Of a stretch of DNA of 64,000 bases, positions 46,835-60,282 are shown one piece after another (position 1 is the stretch's first letter; every line of letters begins with the position of its first letter). Position numbers and translations under genes: made by a program. The notes beneath the pieces are model-generated. The model was not told where the DNA came from. It was given only the letters and a program-made list of their open reading frames with translations, and made no database searches. This DNA comes from Patellaria atrata CBS 101060 (taxonomy: Eukaryota), in the NCBI GenBank assembly GCA_010093705.1, contig MU006090.1:1577817-1641816 (forward strand), read 5' to 3'.

Positions 46835-47789
46835 TTATCTGATGGAAGAACCCTTCAAGTTGGAAGGGTGAGACTAAGGTATCAATGTCAGTAACGAGTT
46901 CACGACGGACAGTAAGTGCGAAAGGGGTCCATCAAATGAACTTAGACATACTGGTATTCTCAGATTATAGACTTGATGCAGGTTCATTTGACGACTCCCA
47001 AGCCGCCAAAAGAACGCGCGATTGAATATAAAATCGAGGTTATAAAATTTCTATACCCCTTAGCTTGGTGATGGATGACTAGTATAGCTAACCCAAGTAA
47101 CCTTACCAGGGTATAGTATTACGGAAAGTGAGGAAGTGAATGTGAATGCAAAAGAGTAGAAGTTGGCCTGACTTAATAGGATACAATTCTAGAAAAGCGA
47201 ATGCAGAAAATGACAAGTAATGATGGTGACGAAGCTGGAGACGACGCTGGATGCCTTTGGAAATGCGGTCTTGCCAAGAGTTGGACTTTCTTCCCGTCCC
47301 GTCTCTTTTTCTTTGCGGAACGTCGGTGATGTGTGCACCGATGATACGCTAAACCAGTTTTGTGAGCTTAAGACCGATTGAATCAAATAGAACCAATGAT
47401 CCTAGAGGAAATGCTCAGTCATCAAGCTCAGCCTCAGCTGTGACTTGTGAGTTGCACCTTTGTGGGATACCGGCAATACACTAATAAGGGATACGAAAGG
47501 TCCGGGTTGTCAGTTGACTCACATCCGCTTCCTGCACGAAGAAGAACCGGGTCTTCTTTCATCTACTTTGTACAAACCCCGCGTCGAAATCTCAATTTCC
47601 CATAATTGTTTCTAACAATTCAGGCGTAGAGTTCCAACCAACGGCCCAATTGCTTTGGAGAATCTTATCCTAACTGCAAACTACTAAGGTCACAGTACCT
47701 CGAAAGCTTGAATTATCTCCACGATCTAAAGGTGAAAAGCGTGGAATCCGGGGTTAGCTTCTACCACCATTGCTGACCACCATTCCGGC

Positions 47790-49353
47790 ATGACCGGTTC
47801 CCGCAATACCGTATCTGCACCTGGGAAGGTTTTGTTGGCTGGTGGATATTTGGTCCTCGACCGAGAGTATACGGGATTGGTGTTTGGCCTCGACGCTCGA
47901 ATTCATATTCATATCCAGTCTCTACCCACCAGTTCAGGTGTTGAACTTTCAGAGATAATAGTGAAATCTCCCCAATTCAAAGAAGCTCACTGGGAGTATG
48001 GGTACAGATTGGTTGAGAATGGTGGTGGGATCGAGGTGACGCAGCTGAGTACGTAAGTACACTGTCCCTTTCTCTTTGATTCAAACTTCAAACGAGTCAT
48101 GTGTGTGTTCAATATAACATGCGACTTTAAAGTATCAAGATAGTATAATTGGTCTGTAGACAATTATCAGAAAAAGCGCCTTTATTCGAGACATCTATTA
48201 CGACCTTGACTTATTGTCATTTCTCTTTCTTAGAAGCGCTTATGACAAACTTCACCGTAACCCCTTTGTCGAAACCGCCCTGGCATTTGCCCTTACATAC
48301 GTCTCTACTCGAGGTACCAAAATCATCAAACCCGCAACTATCACCATTTTGTCGGACAATGATTATTACTCTACTCCGGAGAGCTCTACCGAAGACCAGG
48401 TCTCAAAATCAACCACTAGATTCCTCAACTTCAATGTTCCCCTATGGGAAGCTCACAAAACGGGTCTTGGCTCTTCCGCTGCGTTGGTAACGTCCTTCAC
48501 AGCAGCAGTGCTAGTACACTACTTAGGAGAAGAAGTCTTTAACTTGAGTTCCGACAAGGAGAAACGAATTCTGCATAATCTTGCCCAAGCAGCTCATTGT
48601 TCAGCTCAGGGTAAGGTTGGATCCGGTTTTGATGTAGCCTCAGCTGTCTACGGTTCCTGTCTCTACAGAAGATTTTCCCCCGAACTACTACAAGCCCATG
48701 GAGATCCTGGGTCACTAGAATTCGGCAACAAATTACAAAAGCTAGTAGAGGAGACAGAACTTTCTACTCAATGGGACACAGAGATTATCAAATCGGCAAT
48801 TTCCGTTCCTCCAGGAATACGCTTGGTTATGTGTGATGTTGATTGTGGATCTCAGACACCAGGAATGGCAAAGAAAGTGCTAGCATGGCGGAAGGAGAGA
48901 CCACAGGTAGCAGAGCAGTTGTGGGGAAATTTACAAGAGGCAAATGAGGCACTTGCGGCAGAGCTTGTTAAACTTGCTAAAAGTAGGTTAATGAACCATA
49001 CGAACCTGAAGTCAAGGATCTTAGACATTCGTCAACTCATTCGGCAAATGTCAAAGTTTTCTGATGTTCCAATTGAGCCACCCGCTCAAACTCAGTTACT
49101 CGACAACCTCTCTAGAGTGGACGGGGTTATAGGAGGGGTCGTTCCAGGTGCTGGGGGATATGATGCGGTTACCCTATTAATCGAGGACCGGCCGGAAGTC
49201 CTTGAGAAAATCAGAGTAGCCCTAAAGGGCTGGAAACCAGACATACAGGAAGGCTCGGAGCCGAGCATTGGCAGAGTTCGAATGCTCGGGGTACGCGAAG
49301 AGATGGAAGGGGTTAGATTAGAAGATCCGGCGAACTATGACAATTGGATTTAA
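47790..49353 (+). CDS. ERG8: Phosphomevalonate kinase
   Basis: SAPGKVLLAGGYLVLD, KTGLGSSAAL, AQGKVGSGFDVA, VPGAGGYDA (GHMP kinase). Intron 48053-48233. Confidence 0.96.
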
Positions 49354-50045
49354 AGGCAATCGTTGGGGTGAAAGGACTATTTGTGAAGACTTGTTTATCT
49401 ATAAAAGTAGGAGAAACAGTCAGGATCAATCGAGTCAGTCGGAAGCTGCAAAACCCTCGTTTACCTATCTATTCTTACTCCTAGAGATTGACTAGGCTGG
49501 ATGAGATTCTAAAATGATCATCACGATCAACAAAAAGGTATCGGTCTGGTGTGGAACGGGAGATCGGCGTTGGAAAGTCGATGAACTGATGTCAAAATGG
49601 TATCAAAAGTATATTTTATATTACTTCAAAAGCGGCGATATTCCTCATGTAGAGATCAATCCATAAGAGAACATTATTTTTTACACAAATATAGTAAAAT
49701 ACGGAGTATACTCTTTTTGAGGGTTTTACCTTAGCGCATAAGAATATAATAAATTGGCTCCGGTCAGTCCTTCATGCTTCACATACGGTAGATATCCAAC
49801 AGACAGGACAGTGCACAAGAGCCGACATCCGCCATATCGTTCACGCTTGCCCCGGTTCCGCGAGTGATACCAATCTAGGCTCACTGGACTAAACAACGTG
49901 GAATAACATCTCACTTATCTCATAGATAAACCCAATCAAATCATTCCCAGTTGATTCTTACAGGACGTATTCGCCATCGGCATCCATTCGCTCAGTACGA
50001 CCGTTTACGTCGTTCTATTGTTACAATCTTTAATTTGTGGCCGCC

Positions 50046-50930
50046 ATGGCCCTGACATCTACTCCACCCCCTGCGGATGCTTCTATGAACCATCAAGCCG
50101 AGACACCACATTCCACGACCGATAATAGATCCCCGACACCCATAGAGATGGCCAATTTGCCCGCGCAATCGTCACAATCTTCAACCGGAGAGCCGCAACT
50201 GACATCGACATCGCCACCGCTTTCTGTGCAACAACGCCTCGAGCAAACGACATCGTCTTTACCGGAGAACTCACAATCGCAGCCTTCTGAGACGGTCGAC
50301 GTCCCTGCAACGTCCTCAGCGGAGGACGCATCGCTCACTCGCAACGACTCGGGAGCCATAGGTCCCTCGACAGACGCCCCGATGAGTCAACCCGATCCTG
50401 CAGGCGGGCCGGCGTTAATGATTACGTTGCTGTTGACGAGCGGGGCACGACATCCATACAAGATTGACGAGAAGTATTTGAAAAAACGAGGCGTGAACGT
50501 CGAGGAAATGGACCCGAGAAATTTAAGCGTTTATCAACTCAAAGAACTGATATGGCGGGATTGGAGGGAAGGTAGGACGGCTCTCAGTTTATGTTGAGGT
50601 CAAGTTTGCTAATGCGATTTCTTTGTTGCGTAGAATGGGAACCCAGACCTACCGCCCCAAACTTCATACGCCTTATCAGTTTTGGTCGCATGCTAGGTGA
50701 TGCCGACCCCTTGAAAAGTAACCGAACACTTTCCTTAATGCGCGTGTTGAACATCATACTGATACATTGACCCAGATTATAAATTCAATGCGGAAGCGCC
50801 GAATGTTCTACACATGACTGTTAAACCACAGGATTTGATAGAAGAGGAAGATACCAAGACCGGGAAATCCACAGCAAGAGACCGTGGGGATAACGAGCCT
50901 ACCGCTGGCTGTCGCTGCGTGATTCTATGA
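50046..50930 (+). CDS. Membrane-anchored ubiquitin-fold protein (UBL3/MUB-like) with C-terminal CAAX
   Basis: ITLLLTSGARH...LSVYQLKELIWRDWREEWEPRP...IRLISFGRML...NVLHMTVKP, ending GCRCVIL*. Two introns. Confidence 0.88.
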
Positions 50931-51541
50931 AAGCATCTAGCTGGCATAAAAAATACCGGTTCTCCTATACCACGCATTCGACGCCCGCTTTCCCCGGTGC
51001 AGAGCCCTCTCGATCTAGGGAGAAGAAAGCACCTTTGACCATATCTAGCGACAATGGCCCGCTGCTAGTTCCGGAGATTTTCGATCGTTAGACCTCATAT
51101 TCAGGGTCAAGTAGATGATTTTAATTGCATTGGGCGGATTGACGAGGCGGGTTTGATATACCGACACCTTTGGAGTTTCGCGAGGTTTGAATGTCGTCCA
51201 TGGATATCTCTTGGTATGGGGGTTTTATCTTCCCGCGAAGTTCTGTTATATTGTATAGGGTCATGACCGGCGACGGATGGTACGGTCACTGTATAAATAG
51301 TTTTCACTCACGCATCTTGGGACTATCGTTTGCTTGGAAGAAAACAGTTTACGGACAGTCCGTCTATTTTGATAACTTGAGCGGTCTATGTGACTTGTGA
51401 AAGTACTGTGAGGTTATGTTGATACTCCGAGTTGATATCCACCATTCGCTCTTGGTCCTGTAAAGAAGTTCCTCAAAGTTCCCCTCAGCGCTAGATACTC
51501 TGTTCGCAACACCCTCCCTAGTTTTCAAAAATCTCCCATAC

Positions 51542-52174
51542 CTACCAATTCATCTTCGCCCTGGCCTCCATCTCCGTATGAAAGTCCGGAAGATCTCTCA
51601 TCTCATCACCTACAGCAAACAACCATATAAGCCACCATCATTTTCAACCGAGCAAGACACAAAAAAAGCACAAAACTCACCCTTAAACACATCCTCCCAG
51701 CCGATCTCGCAATCCCTCCCCTCAAGCACATCCCTATGCACGCTCGCGCTCCCGCCCAAAGTCGCCGGTTTCCACTCCCCCATCCCGGTGATTTTGAGCT
51801 CCATCCCTCGCCGCACCGGCTCCGCGATCCCGAACTGCATCCGGAGCGTCTGCATCTTGAGCGCGTCTTGGGTTGCGCGCCAGTTCGCCAGGCGCGCTTC
51901 TAGAGGATGGGTCGACTGGACGGGCGCGGGTGAGGAGGAAGAGGTCGGTGCTGGGGCAGGCGCGTTGAGGGAGAGGTTGGAGCGGAGGGTGTCGTGGATT
52001 CCCGGGGCGGAGGGGGCTGATGGTCCGGGAGTGGAGCGGGAAGGGTTGGATGACGCGGGGACGATGCGAAGGGACTAGAGGACGTTAGTTGGGTATTAGA
52101 GTGATGAGATGGAGGAGAGGGAGGTTCGTGGTGGTGATAGCATGGGAAAGGTAGAGTAGAGGTAGGCATACCAT
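51542..52174 (-). CDS. UMP1: Proteasome maturation factor Ump1
   Basis: ATG-only first exon, then SLRIVP...HPLEARLANW...LRMQFGIAEPVRRGMEL...HRDVLEGRDCEIGWEDVF and final exon DFHTEMEARAKMNW*. Confidence 0.92.
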
Positions 52175-54269
52175 TTTGGCGGGTAAGAGAGGTGATGATT
52201 GCGAGACTGAGCTAAATGTGATAGTCTGGTTGAATGGGCTGTGTAGATTTGTTGGGTTTGAGGGTAGGGTGGGTGGTTTGAATGAGAGAATGGCTGTTGT
52301 CGGTTTGATAGAGCTTTGAGAGCTCTAGGCAAGCAAAGGTTACGATTCACGGCCCGTCTTGGCGTGAAGTTGCCGGTTAAACTACGGCTAACCTTTTATA
52401 GATCGGTTGACAGGGGCTATATCAGAACAACATGATAGAGTTCAGTTTTCGTTCTGCGTTTGTACAAGGAAATAACATCTCAATCACTGCGACTTTTATT
52501 TATTTTGTACATCGGGTGGGAATGAGCGGATGTATTTGGACATGCTCTCAGAATTTCTCCCTAGTTCCTTTTGAATAAGCGATGTTTTTATGAATATTAT
52601 CCTTCATCGAACGGCAAAGGAGTTGTTGGTTGGGTATCATCGCTTGGGGGAAAGCCTCTACAAGTACAACTAGAAGGCAAAAAACAGGGTTTCTCCACGT
52701 CTATGAAAAAATAGTTCCAAGTCTAACAGGTGCAGGAGATAATACATACCTCTGCACATCAACATATTCATCGGGCACGTTGCAGGTGACCTCCGCGGAC
52801 GCGTAACAGTACATTGTCAACCAAAAACAAGGCCGTCAAAGCCGTTAATCCAATCAACATCCTTCCGGATCATCCGCGCGATGTTATTGTAGACGTATAT
52901 AAAATGTGCATTCATGTAATAGTGTACAGAATATGGGATCTGCAGATAATACATGTTCAATGTGATAAGGGGTTTGAATATCAGTTCTAGTACTGACAAC
53001 TCCGTCTTTCCAGTCGTTGACGATTCACAATTGATGTTAGTTAGAGTGAATTCGTGCATCTGAGTGTGCTTAGTTAGTAGGCACTCGGCTCGAAATAGTC
53101 AATTTAGCTTCACTATGTCATGTCTGAGACCAAGGTGGACTGGCATTTGAAACAGGACTATTGACTTTCCTTTGTACGGCGGACGGTGGCCCCAATAGGT
53201 GTCGGCTGTTCCTAAATCATAGAGCCGCCGTAGCATCAAGTGAGAGAAACTCTCTTGCATTTTCATAGCCCAAATACCAAATCAGGGGAAGACCGGAATA
53301 CAATAAATTCAGAACAAAATACAAAATACCAACTCGGATATGCTTGTATAGTGGGTTATTCGCATTGCTTATTCGTTAAACAAAACCCCCTTGTTCGTTT
53401 TGACGCAAGCGGTCTGTGACTGTGCGGTGGATCGCTTGTCATCGATGCCTAAGAAATGGTGGTGTGTCACTTTAGGGACTCGAGGTGGCTTGCCTACTTG
53501 ACCCTTTGCGTTTCTAGCTGGGTCCTATGTGCGCTTGTGCTCGTTCGCCTTTCGCTAACTGTTCGGTCGGCCAAGGGTGGGTGCAGGTTGCTTGGTGGTG
53601 GTGGTGGTGGTGGTGATCTCAGAAAACACCCCCCAAACTTCTCCTCTTCTTTTCCTCATCTTTCCCAGTTCTCCATCATCCACCTTCCTTTCCGCTCGCC
53701 GCATCGTCGCTGCTGCATTACTTGCACAGTCAGTCCCTCCTCCTGCTTTCGAACACTCCCTCCTTCTTGATCACATATCAAGTCGTCCTTTTGCAGTGTT
53801 GATTGAGCCATCACTGCCCACTACAGCCCATTGTTCGGGGAAGCAACGTCACCCGCTCTTTCACTTTGCGGACCCAATCCTTATCTAACGTCACTCATCT
53901 ACGAGCTTTCGTGCTCTGTCAATCTCTGCAATAAAACAATCATCACGGTATTCAAGCCCCGCGCTATCTGATACTTTAACTTGTTCGACATTCAAATACA
54001 TCGCATTTTGCCAATACTAGGCATACAACGCCAGTCCCGTTTCTCTTGACTCGGTGCAGGACTGCGCTGAAAGGTAAACTCCCACTTCTCCGTTCGTTAG
54101 TGCTCTTAAGCATTACAAACTCGTCCAGTTCAGAGCAACCTTTGACGAGTTCCAGTTTCGAGTCTGGTTAGACTTTCGAGGACGAAACGTATTGCGAATC
54201 ACCTCGAACGGTCTTTCAAACTAAGGCCTGATCATTAGTCCCTGAGTTTAAACATTTCATACATTAAGC

Positions 54270-57200
54270 ATGGACCAACAAGGACATCTTGGTCCTACTG
54301 GACCTGCAGGCCGCAAACTGCATATTGCTCATCGTCGGAGCCCTTCAGAGTTGACTCCGTTAATGAGTAAGACACTCCCTCTAATGAACTTCGTCATCGT
54401 ATCTGGACACACTATGCTGACAATTGTACCTACAGTGGAACAATTAGCAATAGCACAACAGATTGAGGCACTTCAACAGCAACAACAGCAGATTGCTGCT
54501 ACCCACCAACAATATGTCAACCTTGGCATGATTCAGCCTCAGCAGCATTTGCCCGGTGCACAGCAGTATAATGCTATGCAGCAGCAAATGGCCAACGTCT
54601 CACCACATACAAACGCTTTCCAGTTTCCTCAACAAATACAACAACAACAGATCGGCGTTCCTATGAATGCTCCATCCCAACCTGCCAGCCATCGTCGTAA
54701 CCAATCTGCTCTCCCCAACGTCATGGGACCACCACCAGCTCCTTCCTCGGGTGCATCGGGATTTGGTGAGTTTAATCAACAAGGTAGTCAGAGATCAGAG
54801 AATCAAGCCCCTCGAGGTCGTGGAGGAGGTGCTCCAGGCGGTGGTCATGCCAGACGTCATTCCTTGGCTTTACCAGAAGCAAAGAAAGCAGCTGAGTTAG
54901 CTGAACAAAAGAGGAAGACGTCTGGATTTCAATTCCCTATCCCTGGCTCTGCTGACAACCGAGCTACTAGTCCCTCGAGCGCCAACGCAGCGCCCTCCGA
55001 ACCTGCCGCAAACAACCGTCCTCCCGGCCGTGGCTCGTCTCATGGGCGAAGCCAGAGCATGGCAGTCGGTGGTGGACGCGGTAACGGGGGCCAACGTGGT
55101 GGTGGTTCGTTTCAGTTTCCCGGTTCCAACCCTACAGCTGAAACAAACAATAACCAAGGGCAATCAGGGGATTTTCAGAGGCGTGGCAGCCAAGGTCATG
55201 GTCGCTCGGCTTCTCGCAACTTCGAGGGTAATTGGAGGCAACAAGGCGCCCAACAACAGCAAGAGCCGCAACAACAAAGCAACATGGGTAACTTCAATAT
55301 GAACCAGAACGTCAATGCCGCTCCGTTCCAGCCGGGACATCGTGCTCGCGCTTCTATGAACCAGTCTGTTGGGACTCTAGGTAATTTTCAATATCAACAG
55401 CAACCCCAGATCTTACAACTTCCGCAAGGACCCGTGATGGTACAGCCACAGATGTTTGGTGCTCAGGGGTTAAATCCTCTACAAATCGCACAGCTTCAAG
55501 CCTTGCAACAAGCTCAAATGGCCGGACAGGGTATGCCAGGCCTTCAAGCAAGTCAACATGCTCAACCGCAAATGAATTTGCAAAATCAACAGCAGCAGCA
55601 GCGTAAGACTCTGTTTACCCCCTATCTGCCCCAGGCAACGCTACCAGCTCTTCTTGGCGACGGTCAGCTTGTCGCGGGTATTCTTCGGGTCAATAAGAAA
55701 AACCGTAGCGACGCCTATGTCACTACAACGGACCTTGACGCCGATATCTTTATTTGTGGTAGCAAGGACAGGAATCGTGCCCTTGAGGGTGACTATGTTG
55801 CAATTGAATTGCTCGATGTGGATGAAGTTTGGGGCCAGAAGCGTGAGAAGGAGGAAAAGAAGAAGCGTAAGGACAATACTGACTCCAGGGGAGCGAACAT
55901 CGCTGTTAATGATGCTACAACGCAACCTGAAACGAGTCAAGGAGCGGAAGGTGGCATTCGCCGACGAGGCAGTCTGAGACAGCGCCCGACTCAGAAGAAG
56001 AACGATGATGTTGAAGTCGAAGGTCAAAGTCTTCTTCTCATGGAAGAGGAAGAAATCAACGATGAGCAGAAGCCCCTTTACGCCGGGCATGTCGTCGCAG
56101 TTATCGAACGTGTTGCGGGCCAGATGTTCTCAGGAACACTTGGTCTTCTCCGCCCAAGCAGCCAGGCCACAAAGGAGAAACAGGAAGCTGAGCGTGCCGC
56201 GCGCGAGGGTCATAGCGGTCGTCAGCAACAAGAACGACATCAAGAGAAACCCAAAATTGTTTGGTTCAAGCCTACCGATAAGCGTGTTCCTCTCATCGCC
56301 ATTCCAACCGAACAAGCACCCCGCGACTTCGTCGAGAGGCACCAAGACTATGCCAGCCGTATCTTTGTTGCTTGCATCAAGAGATGGCCCATCACCTCGC
56401 TCCATCCTTTCGGTACTCTTGTTGAGCAATTGGGTGAAATGGGTGACTTGAAGGTCGAGACTGATGCGCTACTACGGGATAACAACTTCGGACCCGACGA
56501 CTTCTCTGACGCAGTGATTAAGAATGTTGGTTTTGAGAGCTGGTCTGTTACTAACGATGGCGAGACCGCTTTGGAATCTCGCCGTGATTTTAGAGATGAG
56601 AAGACTTTTACTATTGATCCTAACGGTAGCAATGAACTTGATGACGCTATCCATTTCAAGACCCTTGAGGATGGTAGTATCGAAGTTGGTGTTCATGTTT
56701 CAGATGTGGCGCATTTCATCAAGGCGAACTCGCTCGTCGACCGTGAAGCCAAGAAGCGCGGCACTGCAGTGTACCTCATGAACCGAGCTGTGAACATGCT
56801 TCCACCGAAGCTTGCAGCTGATATCTGTTGTCTCAACCCAGGCGAGGAAAGGTACACTGTCAGTGTTGTCTTCAAAGTTGATCCAAAGTCAGGCAACGTC
56901 TTCGAGGACCAGACTTGGATCGGAAAGGCCGTTATCAAGAGTTCTGGCAAGTTGTCCTACGATGAGGTTGATGCTGTTATCAACGGACATGAGTCGGGAC
57001 TTGATGCCGAGCGTGTAGAGGTCATCAAGAAACTTCATCACATCACACAAAAATTCCGGGAATCCCGATTCGGTGATCGTGCAACAGATATTCCTCCACT
57101 TCGCCTGTTATATCAACTTGATGATGAGAATGTCCCTGTTGAGGACAATATCTTCAATTCTTCCGCTGCTCATGAACTTATCGAGGAGTTGGGCTACAAG

Positions 57201-58492
57201 ACGAATGCGTTCGTTGCTCAGAAACTTGTTGCTGGCCTTCCTGAGAAGGCATTTCTAAGACGCCAAGCTCCACCGAAGCATCGTCGTTTACAAACTATCA
57301 CTGAGAGGCTGAATGCTATCGGATACGATATTGATTCCACCAGCAGTGGTACCCTTCAAAGCAGCCTTTTCAACGTCCAGGACTCGGAGATCCGCAAAGG
57401 GATGGAGACCCTTATAGTTAAGGCAATGCAAAGAGCTAAATACTTCGTTGCTGGAAAACTTGCTCAGGATCAATATCCACATTATGCTCTTAATCTACCA
57501 GTTTACACTCACTTCACTAGTCCCACAAGGCGTTATGCGGATATCGTTGTCCATCGCCAACTCGAAGCCGTGCTTTCAAACAGCGAGTTCACTGAGGACA
57601 TCGAGGCGCTCGCAAAGACTGCTGAGGTCTGCAATGTAAAGAAGGATTCCGCACATGCTGCCCAGGAGCAAAGCGTGCACATTGAGTCTTGCCGCAGGAT
57701 GGATAAGAAGCGCACTGAACTTGGCGGTGACTTGATCAGCGAGGGTATTGTTTTATGCGTCTACGAGTCTGCATTCGATATTCTCATTCCGGAGTATGGT
57801 TTTGAAAAGCGTGTCCATTGTGATCAGCTTCCCTTGAAGAAGGCCGAATTTGATAAGAACACTCGCTTGCTTGAACTCTATTGGGAGAAGGGTGTCCCAT
57901 CATCTACTTACATTCCCGAGGACGAGAGGCCTAAATCAAGTAGTACACGTGCCGCTAACGCTGCGGCTGCTGCTCGTGAAGCGGAAGTAGCTAAGCAGAG
58001 GGCCAAGGAAAATGAGGAGGCACAGAGGCGCCAGATGGTCACTGGCACTATGAATACCGATGAAGAGGCTGCTCTCTTCGATGACGATGATGACGGTGCT
58101 TCCGAGATCACTGAGATGACTGCCGGTGTCTCTTTGAACGCGGGTGATCGCAACACACAGAGCATGCCACCATCGCCAACCAGGCATGAAATGTCGGCGG
58201 CTCAAACCCCCCACCGCACCAAATCCGATTCTCGTCTTACTCACAGCTTGAACGAGGCCCCAGAGGCGAAACTCTCCAACAAGGAGAAATATCTTTCACT
58301 CTTCTCACTTCGCGAGGAGAATGGTGACTGTATTCAGGATGTGCGAGAAATGACCAGGGTTCCAGTTATTCTCAAGACGGACTTGACCAAGAGCCCACCG
58401 TAAGTTAACCGATCGTATTTCTATCACCGAATCCTACTGACCCTTTGACTAGTTGCTTGACCATCCGCTCCCTTAATCCGTATGCTCTATGA
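54270..58492 (+). CDS. SSD1: Ssd1/Gul-1 RNA-binding protein (RNase II/RNB family)
   Basis: Q-rich N-terminus with HxRxxS Cbk1/COT-1 sites and FQFP docking motifs; GILRVNKKNRSDAY; RNB motif YTHFTSPTRRYAD; ends LTIRSLNPYAL*. Introns 54367-54435 and ~58400-58452. Confidence 0.96.
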
Positions 58493-60282
58493 AATCAACA
58501 TAGACTACTACTTGAACATATATCACTCCCCAGCTAAATTCCGCAAGAAGCGGACTACACTACATCCAGAACTTGTATCAACCCCCAGCAGTATTCCGTG
58601 AGAATCGGTCTACACTATGAAGCATTCTTACAGTGAGCCTGCACCCATCTCAGGACATTCAACCGATCAATAGAGCACATCAGGCCGTATGCTAAAATTG
58701 TCGATATTGCCGTGGGCCATATCCTATGTTTTGCTCGGTCCATTCATTCATTCTGCTAGATCTACCTCATATCAAAACTGTTGTTGCCGATTGGAGTTGT
58801 TGCGGTCGAATAAAATGGTCGGACCACGGTATAGGGAGGAGGGGCTGTATGCGACTGCGAATGCGAGCTTAAAGATGGAATTAATGGGAGCCGTGCGAAG
58901 GGCTTGAGGAGAACATATACTATGTAAGAGCGTGGGTCATAACTCCTATCTGGAGTTTGATAGCGCTCGATACTTATAGCTAGATGTTGATAATTCAAGC
59001 ATTGCACACTTCTAGAAATTACATATACTCCCCATGCTTTATTCTAAGTGCTCTCTTACCTAAACTGTGTGGTGGTACTTATTGTGTTAGATGCCGGCGA
59101 ACGCATGAATTTCGGGTTCCGATTCTCCCGTTCCTTTAATCTTCTTCCACCCCAGATCCGAACCCCAGTCGGAACACATGGTCCCACGTATGTTAAAGTG
59201 AATTAAGAATCTCGGTAAGGTCTCTTAGCTGCGATGACAAGCTTGGCAGATTTCAGGTTGCACGGAAGATGTGATATTCGGTGTGGCTAATCTTGAATTT
59301 CATGATGGCCGTTCTTGAAGCCATAAGACGATATTTTCAGAAAGCCTACGAGAGCACAGTATTTCAATTTCAACTTTAGAACTATGTTTATCTATAAAAC
59401 ATCTTGGTCGCCCCTAGTACTGTTGGTTTCGCGCGCGAGAAGGATTATATGAAAAGGCTCCAGAGACTCAAATCACAATGTTTCGATAACAGTGTTTATT
59501 ACCTCCTTTTCCTCCAAAGGGGTCCGGAGCCACCCTCGGAAAGTCAGCGTACCGCTCACAAGACGGATAGATTGATGGCAAAGCTCTCGAACGAGCAGAC
59601 TAATGATCTCGACACACGAGTTTACGGAGTGCAAAATCTCCGTCAGTAGCGAAGGTCGAGAGGTGGTACTCTTAAGGTTTCAGCCGTGAGGTTCCAAGCG
59701 TTGCAGACCCCTGTCCTGCGACAACGTCACCTCCGTCTTTTAACCTCCTCACTCAAACATTTCCCTCACACACAAACTTCTTTGCCTTCTTCGGACAATT
59801 ATCGTCTGCTCCAAGGGCGCTTGAATGATTCACGAACCAACTGGGCTCGTGCTGCTACTGCGGGAACCTCTAGGTTGTGTTGCCGGGCTAGGCTTTTCTG
59901 CAATTGCCAGCAATTATATGCCTGTGCTGATCTATAGCCTAACCGTGACCATGGGGGGTCAGTCAGTCCAGAAATTTGATTTCTCGTCTCAGATCTGCGG
60001 ATGCGAGCGTGATGGCTGATTATAAGGTCTGAAGCACTCCCACCTTCATAGAAAGTTTCTGTTTGTCTGTTGCGCTGCCAGCAAAGAAACTAACCTGTCC
60101 TTCCTTCGACTTCCCTTTCTTTCGTTCTTTTCTAACGACCTTACGGTATCGTCCCTGGTTGGACTTAGTGAAATACACACATTCTTTATATTGTATTTCA
60201 AGTAGTTGATCTATTTGCCCCTCCTTCCACTAAAATTAATACAAACACCAACCATCTACCTCACCCAATACTTAATATCAAA

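Noticed and set aside
52745..52945. Exon-like minus-strand segment (CAG...GTATGT) with protein-like translation
   Set aside because: Needs a frameshift, has no recognisable family and no further exons; not supportable without a homology search.
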